DNA of 64,000 bases from Squalus acanthias. Taxonomy: Eukaryota. Position 1 is the first letter of the stretch. Each line of letters opens with the position of its first letter. The notes under the pieces were generated by a model. That model ran no database searches. It worked only from the letters and a program-made list of their open reading frames with translations, and had not been told where the DNA came from. Made by a program: the position numbers and the translations under genes. This document shows, in pieces, positions 52,020-62,192 of the stretch. The stretch lies in contig CM059431.1 in the NCBI GenBank assembly GCA_030390025.1, positions 138,014,001-138,078,000 on the forward strand. The letters run 5' to 3'.

Positions 52020-54085
52020 AAAATTCCATCAGTAATGACACTCCAACAGCGCAGCGCTGCCTCAGTACTGCCCCTCCTACATTGCAGCACTCCCTCAGTA
52101 CCTCCCCTCCGACAGTGCAACACTCCCGCAGTACTGCCCTTACGATAGTCTTGCACACCCTCAGTACTGTCTGTCTGACAGTGCAGAACACCTTGTGTAT
52201 TGCCCGTCTGGAAATGCAGAACTCACTCATTGCTAACCCTCCGACAGTGTAGCACTCCTTCAGTACTGCTCCTCCAGCAGTGAGTGCAACGCTCCCTCAG
52301 TGCTGCCACTCCAACAGTACAGCGCTCCCTCAGTACTGCCCCTCCGACAGTGCAGCACTCCCTCAGAGCTGCCCCTCTGACATTGCAGAACTCCCTGTGT
52401 ATTGCCCCTCTGACAGTGCAGAACTCACTCGGTGCTGCCTCTCCGACAGAGCAGCAATCCTTGATGACTGCCCCTCCGACAGTGCAACGCTCCCTCAGTA
52501 CTCCCTCTCCGATCGTGCAGTGCTCCCTCAAAACAGCCGGTCAGACAGTGAAGAGCTACCTCAGTACTGTCCCTCCGACAGAGCAGCGCACCCTCAGTAC
52601 TGTCCCGCCGACAGTGCACCATTCCCTCAGAAATTTCCCTCCGACAGTGCAGCTCTCCTCAGTACGGCCCCTCCGACATTGTAGCGCTCCCCCAGTACTG
52701 CCTCTCCGACAGTGCAGCGCTCCCATCGTACAGTCCCTCCAACAGTGCAGCACTCCCTCAGTACCTCCCATCCGATAGTGCAGCACTCCCTCAGTACTGC
52801 CCCACCGACAGTGCAACACTCCCTCAGTACCTCCCCTCCGACAGTGCAACACTCCCGCAGTACTGCCCTTACAATAGTCTTGCACTCATTCAGTACTTTC
52901 TATCTGAGTGCAGAACACCTTGTGTATTGCCCGTCTGACAATGCAGAACTCACTCAGTGCTACCCCTCCGACAGTGTTGCGCTCCTTCAGAAATGCCCCT
53001 CCGACAGTGTAGCGCTTCCCCAGTACTGCCTCTCCGACAGTGCACCGCTCCCATCGTACAGTCCCTCCGACAGTGCAGCTCTCCCTCAGTTCTGCCCCTC
53101 CGACAGTGTAGCGCTCCCCCAGTACTGCCTTTCTGACAGTGCAGCATTCCCTCAGTACTGCCCCTCCGTCACTACAGCATTCCCCGTGCATTGGCCCTCT
53201 GATAGTGCAGCGCTCCCTCAGTGCTCCCTCAGTGCTGCACCTCCAACAGTTCAGCGCTCCCTCAGTACTGCACCTCCGACAGTGCGGCACTCCTTCAGTA
53301 CTGCAACTCCAACAGTGCAGCACTCGCTCACTACTACCAATCCGACAGTGCAGACCTCCCTCAGTACAGCCCCTCCGACAGTGCAGCGCTCCCTCAGTAC
53401 TGTTCCTAAAACATTGCAGAACTCTCTGTATTGCCCCTCTGACAGTGCAGAACTCACTCTGTGCTGCCCCTCCGACAGTGCAGCGCTCCCTCAATAATGC
53501 CCCACCGATCGTGCAGCACTCCCGATGTACTGTCCCTCCGACAGAGAAGCAGTCCCTCAATACTATCCCGCCGACAGAGCAGCCCTCCCTCCTTACTGTC
53601 ACTCCGACAGTGCAGCGCACCTGCAGTACTGTCCTTCCAAAATGCAGTACTCCCTCAGTACTGTCCGTCCGGCAGTGCAGCGCTCCTTCTGTACTGTCCC
53701 TCTGGCATTGCAGCGCTCCTTCAGTGCTCTCTTGGACAGTGCAGTCCTCCCTCAGTACTGCCCCTCCGAAAGTGCAGCGCTCCCTTAGTAATGCCCCTCC
53801 GACAGTGCAGCTATCCTTTAGTACTGCAGCGCTCCCTCAGTAATGCCCCTCCGACAGTGCAGCTCTCCTTCAGTAGTGCCCCTCCGACAATGCAGCGCTC
53901 CCTCAATATTACCTCCTCTAACAGTGTAGCGCTCCCTCAGTGCTGCCTCTCCAAAAGTGCAGCGCTAGCTCAGTACTGCCCCTTCCACATTTCAGCGCTC
54001 CCTCAGTACTGCCTCTCCGACAGTGCAGCGCTAGCTCAATACTGAACATCCGACGATGCAGCTCTCCCTCAGTACTGGCCGCTGC
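52020..54085. repeat. 33-bp minisatellite (ctccctcagtactgcccctccgacagtgcagcg)n, about 60 diverged copies, probably DeuSINE-derived
   Basis: Direct reading; 11-codon periodicity in the ORF track. Confidence 0.95.
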
Positions 54086-54499
54086 AGACAGAAGTAACCA
54101 GGTGGGAAGACCCTAACTATCCGAACAATGTAATTAAACATTTCTCAATATTATTGACACTCACACATATGAAAAGGTTGGAAGCGGTCACATTTAGGAC
54201 GAGATTAGTACCGTTGAACAGTCACTAATGAAGTTATAACCTGCAAGAACAGACATGCTGTGTTCTAGCCACCGAGCTAAGCCGTCAGGAGATGATCAGA
54301 TGATGTCGGGGTGTTTGTCCAATTTGCGTTCAGGGAATTTAAACTGAATACTTCCCACCCCCCCCCCCCTCCACTCCCCACCCAGAGTATTTTCACAGCC
54401 GAAATTCAATTAACTCATTACTCCCAACGCATTTGCTAAATTGCTGTATTTGTTTTTATTTAAGCGTCAAGACTTAATTTGACTAAAATTGGGGACGTT

Positions 54500-54787
54500 A
54501 ACTACAAGATGGTCAGCAATAAATCCAATGGGGAATTCAGGAGAAACTTCTTTTACCTGAGAATTGTGACAATGTAGAACTCGCTACCGCAAGGAAAATT
54601 TGTGGTGAATAGCATTTAAGGGGAAATCTAGATAAGTACATGAGAGAGAAAGGAATAGAAGGTTATGCTGATAGCGTTAGATGAAGCAGGACGTGAGGCG
54701 ACTCGTGTGGAGCATAAACACCGGCAAAGACCAGTTGGGCCGAATGGACTGTTTCTACGCTGTAAATTGAAAGTCATTCTATGTAAT
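54500..54787 (+). mobile_element. CR1 3' end fragment
   Basis: gaattcaggagaaacttc, gggccgaatggactgtttct and cattctatg. Confidence 0.75.
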
Positions 54788-55387
54788 ATGTACGATGAAT
54801 ATTGATGAATCCTGCGATGCAGATTGACCTATTCCGGGCTCCCCAGAAGAGAAACCATGGAATTTCTGCCCTTTATTACAGGTGAACTTGGTTTTCCGGA
54901 GCGGTGGTGCAGGCGTACCCTGAGTACCTTGTTCCGCAGTGTCTGGCTTGCCCATTATACGAGGTCGAAGCTATTCCTACTCGCCGCTGTGTAGCTTTTA
55001 CTTCTCTAACAGTAGTTATTATGCAAATTCACTTGAGGTGGATTATAGCGCTAGTGACAGACATCGACTCAAATAAAACTGCGAGCTGGTAGACTGAGAG
55101 AAAAGCAGAAGCAATGCTTCCATCTCATGGAAGGATTTGTAAACGGACTTGTCGTCACCCGTCCCCATGAAGCTCTGTATAATGAATTGTGAATCGAGAT
55201 ATTTCCTACTCTGTTCAATTTTTCTTCTGTGTACTTGCCGTGCGAATTATGCAATCGAAGGTGTGTAGATTGTAATCCTGCAGTGCTCAGAGATATGGTG
55301 CATGATTTACTAAGCGCAATTCAGGAAGAGATTTAAACCAATTGACCGAGAGACAGTGTGGAACACGATGAAAACATGTGCTAGCAA

Positions 55388-55592
55388 TTTAATTGGGTAG
55401 ACAGGGAATGTTACAGTGCAGGAGGGAGAGACCCTGGTTTAATTGGGTAGACAGGGAATGTTACAGTGCAGGAGGGAGAGACCCTGGTTTAATTGGGTAG
55501 ACAGGGAATGTTACAGTGCAGGAGGGAGAGACCCTGGTTTAATTGGGTAGACAGGGAATGTTACAGTGCAGGAGGTAGAGACCCTGGTTTAA
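55388..55592. repeat. 50-bp tandem repeat, four near-identical copies
   Basis: tttaattgggtagacagggaatgttacagtgcaggagggagagaccctgg; one substitution in copy 4. Confidence 0.97.
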
Positions 55593-55724
55593 AAAAAAAT
55601 GAAATGACAACAGGCTTAGGAAAGTTTATGTGTAAATTTAATGCTGTAATAAATCAGAGCAACAAAAACTTTAGAGAACAACTGATCTGTAGAGCGATCA
55701 CTTGCATTAGCTATTGCGTCTGCG

Positions 55725-56112
55725 CCTCAGAGCAGTGATGGTTAAAGCGAGATTGGACTTAGGTGTTCAATATTAAGAGAGATTTTGCTGGAGTAAACAA
55801 GGGGAAACTGTTTCCACTGGCCGGAGGACCCGTAACCAAGGACAAGGTGATTAGCAAAAGAACCAGAGGGATGGCGAGCAGAATTTTTTGTTAAGCAGTG
55901 AGTTGTTGTGATCTGGAATGCAGTGACTGAAAGGATGTTTGAAGCAGATTCAATAGTAACTTAAAAAAGGAATTGGATCTCTAATTAAAAAGGAAGAATT
56001 GCCAGGCTCTGGGGAAAGAGCAGGAGAATGGGGCGAATTCTGAGCTCTTTCAGACAGCCGGCATAGTCAGGATGGGCTGAATGGCCTCCTTCGGGGCTGT
56101 ACCATTCCATGT
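55725..56112 (+). mobile_element. CR1 3' end fragment (a short inverted CR1 piece follows at about 56140-56280)
   Basis: aaactgtttccactgg, tggaatgcagtgactgaaagg and gggctgaatggcctcctt. Confidence 0.75.
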
Positions 56113-56369
56113 GCTGAATCATATTCAGAAAGAGTTAACTTTGAATCTGCTTCCATCACCTTTCGGGCAGTGCATTCCGGATTCTAACAACTCGCTGCCT
56201 AAAGACAATTCTCCTCTCTGGATGTTTTGCAAATGATCTTAAATCCCTGTCTCTGGTTACTGATCCTCCTGCCACTGGACATAAATATTTAGGTCGCGTT
56301 GCACGGACATCAATACAGTGAAGATCAGGTAAATTGTCATTGATTGCAGATTAAATGCGTGAACCTCTA

Positions 56370-56878
56370 CAACATCAATAAAAATTGTATTTATATGGCT
56401 CATGTAACGTAGATAAACGTCCCAAGGTACTTCACATGAGCATTATCAAACAAGGTTTTGACATCGAGACACGTAAGGAGATACTAGAACAGGTGATCAA
56501 AAGATTGGTCAAATAAGTAGGTTTTAAGGAGCGTCTTAAAGGAGGAGAGAGAGGTCGAGAGGCGTTTGTTTAGGAGGGAATTCCATGGTTTAGGGCCTTT
56601 GCAGCTGAAGGCACGGCCACCAATGGTGGAGCGATTAAATTCGGGGATGTACAAGAGGCAGATATCTCGGCGGGTTGTGGGGCTGAAGGAGATTACAGAG
56701 ATATGGAGGGGTGAGGCCACGGAGGGATTTGAAAACAAGAATTAGAATTTAAAATCGACGTGTTGCCGGATCAGGCGCCAATGTCGGTCAGCGAGCACAG
56801 GGGAGATGGTAAAACGGGAGCGAGTTAAGACACGGGCAACAGAGGTTTGGATGAGCTGAAGTTTACACAGGGTGGCAA
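56370..56878 (-). mobile_element. L2 LINE 3' end
   Basis: KLQLIQTSVARVLTR and IGGRAFSCKGPKPWNSL..SFKTLLKTYLFDQSF; L2 tail. Confidence 0.85.
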
Positions 56879-56884
56879 TAGAAG

Positions 56885-57180
56885 GCCAGCCTGCTTTCTC
56901 AACTGGACGTAAAAGATCCCATGGCAATATTTCGAAGAAGAGCAGGGGAGTTATTCCCGGTGTCCTGGCCAATATTTATCCCTCAATCAACATAACAAAA
57001 CAGTTTATTTGGTTATTATCACATTGCTGTTTGTGGGAGCTTGCTGTGAGCATATTGGCTGCCGCGTTTACCACATTACAACAATGACTCCACTTCAAAA
57101 ATACTTAATTGATTGTAAAGTGCTTTGCGACGTCCGGCGGCCGTGAAATGCGCCATATAAATGCAAGTCTTTCTTTTTTC
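56885..57180 (+). mobile_element. DeuSINE (SacSINE1/AmnSINE-type), Deu domain and L2-like tail, 5'-truncated
   Basis: ggacgtaaaagatcccatggc..gaagagcaggggag..gtgtcctggccaatatt..cattgctgtttgtgggagcttgctgtg..attggctgccgcgttt..tataaatgcaagtctttc. Confidence 0.85.
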
Positions 57181-57391
57181 AGCCAGAAGGGCATTGGAAT
57201 AGTCGAGCATGGATATCTGGATTAAAGGGATAATTGGCTAGACTGGGGATGTTATAGTACAAAAGGTAGAGTCCCTGGTTTCAATAAAAGAACGGACAGC
57301 AGATATGCATGGCTCACGGGAGCAGGCGTTAACTCTGAGTTATCAGAGCAGTTGAATGTCATCTGCTAATCAATGAGGTACTTCACTGTAT

Positions 57392-57527
57392 CAAAAGCCA
57401 AATACTGCGACGCTGCAAATCTGAAATACAAACAGAAATATCTGGAAAATACTCAGCAGGTCTGGTAGCCTCTGTGGAGAGAGAAACAGAGATCACCTTT
57501 CAGCTCGAAGACGTGTCGTCAGAACCG
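57392..57527 (-). mobile_element. Penelope terminal remnant with decayed hammerhead
   Basis: Reverse complement of the 47290-47425 motif; CUGACGA...GAAA core retained, stems decayed. Confidence 0.7.
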
Positions 57528-57603
57528 GGTCAAGCTTGAAGCACATTCACTGCAGCATTATTTTCCTGGATCACCTTTAGTGATTCACGGTTGCGGAGAA
57601 CTT

Positions 57604-57717
57604 CTAGCTGTTTTCCTTGTTCAACCAGAAGTTGACGACACCGATGTTCCAGATAGAGAGAAACAATTGCAGGACAACGAACAAGAGTATCAGCCAATGC
57701 AAGGTGGCCAAGTAATC
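57604..57717 (-). pseudogene. Exon-like segment encoding one transmembrane helix (possible terminal exon of a CD20/MS4A-like gene)
   Basis: Acceptor ccttgtttctcctccctgacag|; DYLATLHWLILLFVVLQLFLSIWNIGVVNFWLNKENS*. Confidence 0.35.
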
Positions 57718-57872
57718 CTGTCAGGGAGGAGAAACAAGGCACTGATTGAGCTGCATATATTCCACCGGGAGGCACATTACTCTCGCAGACAACAGCTTGT
57801 TTAAAATGAACTTGGTGAACATCACCACTGAGAGACAGTGCAGAATTGGTACCATCACTGGGATACAACAGC

Positions 57873-58230
57873 GAGGGGGATTTTAACTTCTGGCGAAGGT
57901 TTGCAGTTGACGATATCGGATCGGCCGCCCGTTATACTTCATTCCCGTTTTTCCTTGCCGTTGATTTCAATTAAGGGGAAATCGGGAGATGCGTTTCAGG
58001 TGGTGCTTTCCACAGTGATTGGAAATCACTTTCCCATCGTTTCCCTGTGCGCTGGCCCTGTCCACCAGCCTGCATTGTTCATTCACAATGGGGTAGATGT
58101 TGAGATTTTGCGATGGTAAAAACGGGTGTTAGCGAGTCAGCCGAACGATTTACTTCTCTCCTTGACTTCAATGAGAATCAAAATCGGGAGAGATGTTATG
58201 CCGGCTGCTGACTCGCTATCACCCGTTGAA
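57873..58230. mobile_element. MITE-like element related to 8946-9132, with internal hairpins
   Basis: Shares cgatatcggatcggcc.cccgtta; arms aacgggtgttagcgagtcagc / gctgactcgctatcacccgtt around ttgacttcaa. Confidence 0.6.
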
Positions 58231-58299
58231 CACTATAGTACAACAACAACAACTCGCATTTATATCGCGCCTTTAACGTCGTCAAAGCGTGGGAATGCT

Positions 58300-59580
58300 T
58301 TGCGCATACAGATATAGTGCCTTTAGCTTTGACTTATTAGGGAATTTCTAGTAAGTATTGAGTAAGTAGAAGCTGTAAAAGTTAAATTTAATTTAAGATT
58401 TTGATTCTAACCTAGAACTTTAAAAACTGTAGTTAACAGAAGCTGCCTACCTGTGGCAGTTAACTGTCAGTCATCTGTAAGTGTTTGTATTGAGCAGCAG
58501 GGGAGCTGAGTCAACACTTGTAAATTGGGTGAGGCTCCTAGAGTATAAAAGTAAACATTTCTGCAGAGCACAGAGCGGTCTGCACAGAGCGCGATTAAAT
58601 CGAGTGGACTTTTGGACAGAGTGTTTTATATGGGAGATTGTAAAAAGTGGGAATTCTGAGAAGAGGGGTAGGGACTTGTTGATTTTTCCCTACACTACTT
58701 GCAGTGCTTTGTGTTAAAGGTAGATAGTTAATTTCAGTACTCTTAACTTAATCACGAGGAAGTAAGTAGACAAGAATCTGCACTGTAAACAAAGTTACCT
58801 AAATACAAATGTTATTATATTTAATTCAATAAAAAAAGTCATATAGGGATGGCAGTGCAGGTGGTGTGCCGCAAATGCAGCAGGTGTAGAGTTTGTGGAG
58901 AGCATTGTGATTTTGGACAACCACGTTTGCAGTAAGTGCTTGCATCTTGAGGAACCTGTGCAGGGAGACAGAGGAAAGGGAAGCAAGGATAGAAGCAAAA
59001 GACAGGAAGGAGAAAAGCAAACGTGGAAGTCAGAGAAATCAAGGGTGTAAATCAAACATGGCTACAGTAAATAATAATTCTAAAAGGTCTAAGAGTGTTA
59101 AAAAAACAAGCCTGAAGGCTTTGTGTCTTAATACAAGGACCATTCGTAATAAGGTGGATGAATTAGCTGCGCAAATAGATGTAAACGGATATGATATAAT
59201 TGGGATTACGGAGACAAAGCTCCAAGGTGACCAAGGCTGGGAATTCAACATCCAGGGGTATTCAATATTCAGGAAAGACAGGCAAAAAGGAAAAGGAGGT
59301 GGGCTAGCATTGCTGGTTAAAGAAGAGATTAACACAATAGTAAGGAAGGATATTAGCTCTGATGATGTGGAATCTGTATGGGTAGAGCTGAGAAATACCA
59401 AGGGGCAGAAAACGTTAGTGGGAGTTGTATACAGAACCCCAAACAGTAATGTTGAGGTTGAGGATGGCATTAAATGGGACATTAGAGACGCGTGCAGTAA
59501 GGGCACAGCAGTTATCATGGGTGACTTTAATCTACATATAGATTGGGCTAACCAAATTAGTAACAATACTGTGCAGGAGG
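58300..59580 (+). mobile_element. CR1 5' region: UTR, ORF1 zinc-finger remnant and ORF2 APE N-terminal half
   Basis: MAVQVVCRKC..HVCSKCLHLEE from 58849 (frameshifted); LCLNTRTIRNK, IIGITET, FRKDR..KGGG, GVVYRTPN and IMGDFN; most of ORF1 is missing. Confidence 0.85.
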
Positions 59581-59966
59581 TTCGTAACTAACATTTGGTG
59601 ACCAAACAACGTTGTTGCTTTTTAACAATTACTATTTGGAACAATAGTAAAAATGATAATAAGACGCAGTTTTCTAGGCTTTCCTTGGCCGCAGTGAACT
59701 CTAGGAAATTAGACTCAGATTCAACACATATTTGCATCTATAGAACAGGCAGCTTCCCTCTACATCTACCGATATTATTACCATATTGATTAAAGCATTA
59801 TTTGACACTGTGTGCCTGTTTATATTGACTTGTCCTGGTGGCAGTGTGTTGTAAATCTAGTTATAGTGAGTCATCAACGAGTTTTGGAATGCAATGTGTG
59901 GTTAAATCGTATAAATATTCAGGATTATTATCAAACATCGGACTAGATTTTGTCCTTTCAGCTCAC

Positions 59967-60047
59967 CGTACTGATCAGGGAATCTGAGTAAAATAATTAT
60001 CAGTGTTACACACATTCTTCGTAACAATGCGCAGAAGCTCCACAAGA
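59967..60047 (-). pseudogene. 81-nt exon-like segment (paralog at about 51750-51832)
   Basis: ctttccag| acceptor and CG|gtgagc donor. Confidence 0.3.
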
Positions 60048-60056
60048 CTGGAAAGG

Positions 60057-60702
60057 TCCGTGCAATTCACCCTCTCCTTTATCATTGAACGCTTTGTGGC
60101 GATATGCTGCTCGAAGTTTACAAGGTCGTATTGCACGGGGAGGACTGCAGCCGCGGTCTAACAGGGATCACCGATCTGGGCTGTTTAAGTGACAGCCTCT
60201 GATGCCTTGAACCGGAAGAAACAATTGACAATGTGCAGCACACGTGTGGAATTCCAAACAATCCCCTCATGGGCAACATATTCCAGGTGAAATCCATGTT
60301 TTCCCCTTGCTGCCATTTGTTTTGATTTCCCTGTTTAATTATCTGACCGTGAGACTCATGTTGCCGTCCAATCGAGTCCGCAGGTAACTCCGGGTCATAG
60401 CAGCGAGAAGGAGAGCGATCATGAGAGGGAGAACCGAAACAGATCGATCATTTCGCTCTTCACTCTATCGGGTAGTTTTATCTTCTGGTGGTTGACGGCT
60501 GCTGCGAGTTTTTTAGTTGTCAGAATGACGGCAAGCGCTCATTACCAAGGTGATTACACCAACCCGGAAAACCTCAATCCGGGTTCAGGCTCATGTATCT
60601 GAATTCCTGCACGAACATGCGCAATTATGGATCAACTTTGACCAGATACAGAGAAGAGCTGAAGACTTTGCTGATATTTCTCAGCCTGGTTTAAAGATAA
60701 AA
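60057..60702 (+). pseudogene. GPR139-like GPCR pseudogene fragment (TM3 to C-terminus)
   Basis: Aligns by eye to 15779-16454 (ERFVAICCSKF..YCTGRTAAAV; HSSEKESD..ENR..SIISLFTLSGSFI); in-frame stops and frameshifts; 5' half missing. Confidence 0.9.
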
Positions 60703-60885
60703 ACATAAATTAAGTCAAAACAAAATTTGCAATCCAACATTAGAGCTCAGTGTCAGTTCTTGATGTCGCTTTGATTAGTTCACTGTTCAAGAACACAGTA
60801 GGATGTTTCTTGTAAACAATACCAGGTGCACAGAAATATCCCCTTGATGTAGCATAAGATTCACGTCAACATTGACTCTGGGTAC

Positions 60886-61017
60886 CTGTAGAAAATGAAG
60901 CTGCAAACTGCAGTGTGGAACAGGAAGGAAAGTGGAAAGACATGACCGAAATTCCGATGTGGGTGAAGCTCATGGTTAGGAGACACGCCACCGACTTATT
61001 GTGACAGCCTCTTGGGC
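60886..61017 (-). pseudogene. 132-nt exon-like segment, possible TM1 exon of a CD20/MS4A-like protein
   Basis: Branch point taactgac, long polypyrimidine tract, aacag| acceptor and CAG|gtaccc donor; open frame PRGCHNKSVACLLTMSFTHIGISVMSFHFPSCSTLQFAASFST. Confidence 0.35.
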
Positions 61018-61065
61018 CTGTTAAACAGGAACAGGAGAAAGTGAAGCAGCCCATCTGGTCAGTTA

Positions 61066-62192
61066 CATAGAACCATAGAATGGTTACAGCACGCAAGCAG
61101 GCCATTCGGCACATCAAGCCAGTACCGACTCTCAGCCAGTCCCACTCCCCGCCGCTTCCCCGTAGCTCTGCATTTCCCCCCCTCAGATACTCCTCCAACT
61201 CCATTTTGAAGGATAAGAGTAAGTCTGCCTCCACCATCCTTTCAGGCAGTGTATTCCAGATGTTAACCACTCGCCGCGTAAAAAAGTTTTCTCTCTTGTT
61301 GCCTTTGGTTCTTTTGCCAATCACCTTAAATCTGTGTCCTCTGGTTCTCGAACATTCTGACAATGGGAACAGATTCACTCTAACTAATCTGTCCAGTCAC
61401 TCATGATTTTGAACACCTCTATTAAATCTCCTCTCAATCTTCCCTGCTCCAAGGAGAATAACCACAGCTTCTCCAGTCTATTCAAGTAACAGATGTCCCT
61501 CATTGCTAGAATCATTATCGTATATATTTTCTGTACCTTCTCGAAGGCCTTCACATCCTTCCTAAGGTGTGGTGCCCAGAATTGGACACAGTACTCCAGT
61601 TGGTGCCGAACCAGTGTTTTATATAGGTTCATAATAACGTCCTTGATTTCTAACTCTATACCTCTATTTATGAAGCCCACGATCCCGTAATCCTTTTGTA
61701 ACTGCTTTCTCAACCTGCCCTGCCACCTTCAATGATTTGTGCAAACATAGCCCCAGGTCCCTCTATTCGTGCAACCACTTTGGCATTGTACCCTTTAGTT
61801 TATTTGATCTCTCCTCATTCTTTCTACCGAAATATATTACTTCACACTTTTCTGCATTAAATTTCATCTGACACGTGACCGGCCATTTCACCAGCCTGTC
61901 TTCCTGAAGTCTATCACTCTCCTCCGCATTGTTCACTATTGTTCCAAGTTTTGTGTCATCTACAAAGTTTGAAATAGTGCCCTGAAGACCCACGTCCAAG
62001 TCATTAATATATATCAAGAAAATCAGTGGTCCGCGAACGGACCCCTGGGGAACACCACTATATACCGTCCTCTGGTCCGAAAAAGAACCGTTCACCGCTA
62101 TTCTCAGTTTCCTTTCACCTAGCCAATTTAGTATCCATGCTGCCAATGTCCATTATATTCCATTAGCTTCAACTTTCTACAAAGCCTATTAT
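61066..62192 (-). mobile_element. 5'-truncated CR1 LINE
   Basis: GVPQGSVRGPLIFLIYINDL and LEYCVQFWAPHL; tail catagaaccatagaat. Confidence 0.92.

Noticed and set aside
52015..54045. Overlapping ORFs with PQYCPSDSAAL repeats
   Set aside because: Translation of a 33-bp minisatellite that is open in several frames on both strands
54860..54900. Possible remnant of another GPCR exon-2 start (ttacag gtgaacttggtt, VNLV)
   Set aside because: Similarity ends after four codons
55015..55190. Octamer ATGCAAAT as an immunoglobulin or snRNA promoter
   Set aside because: No leader or V exon, no correctly spaced PSE and no recognisable snRNA downstream
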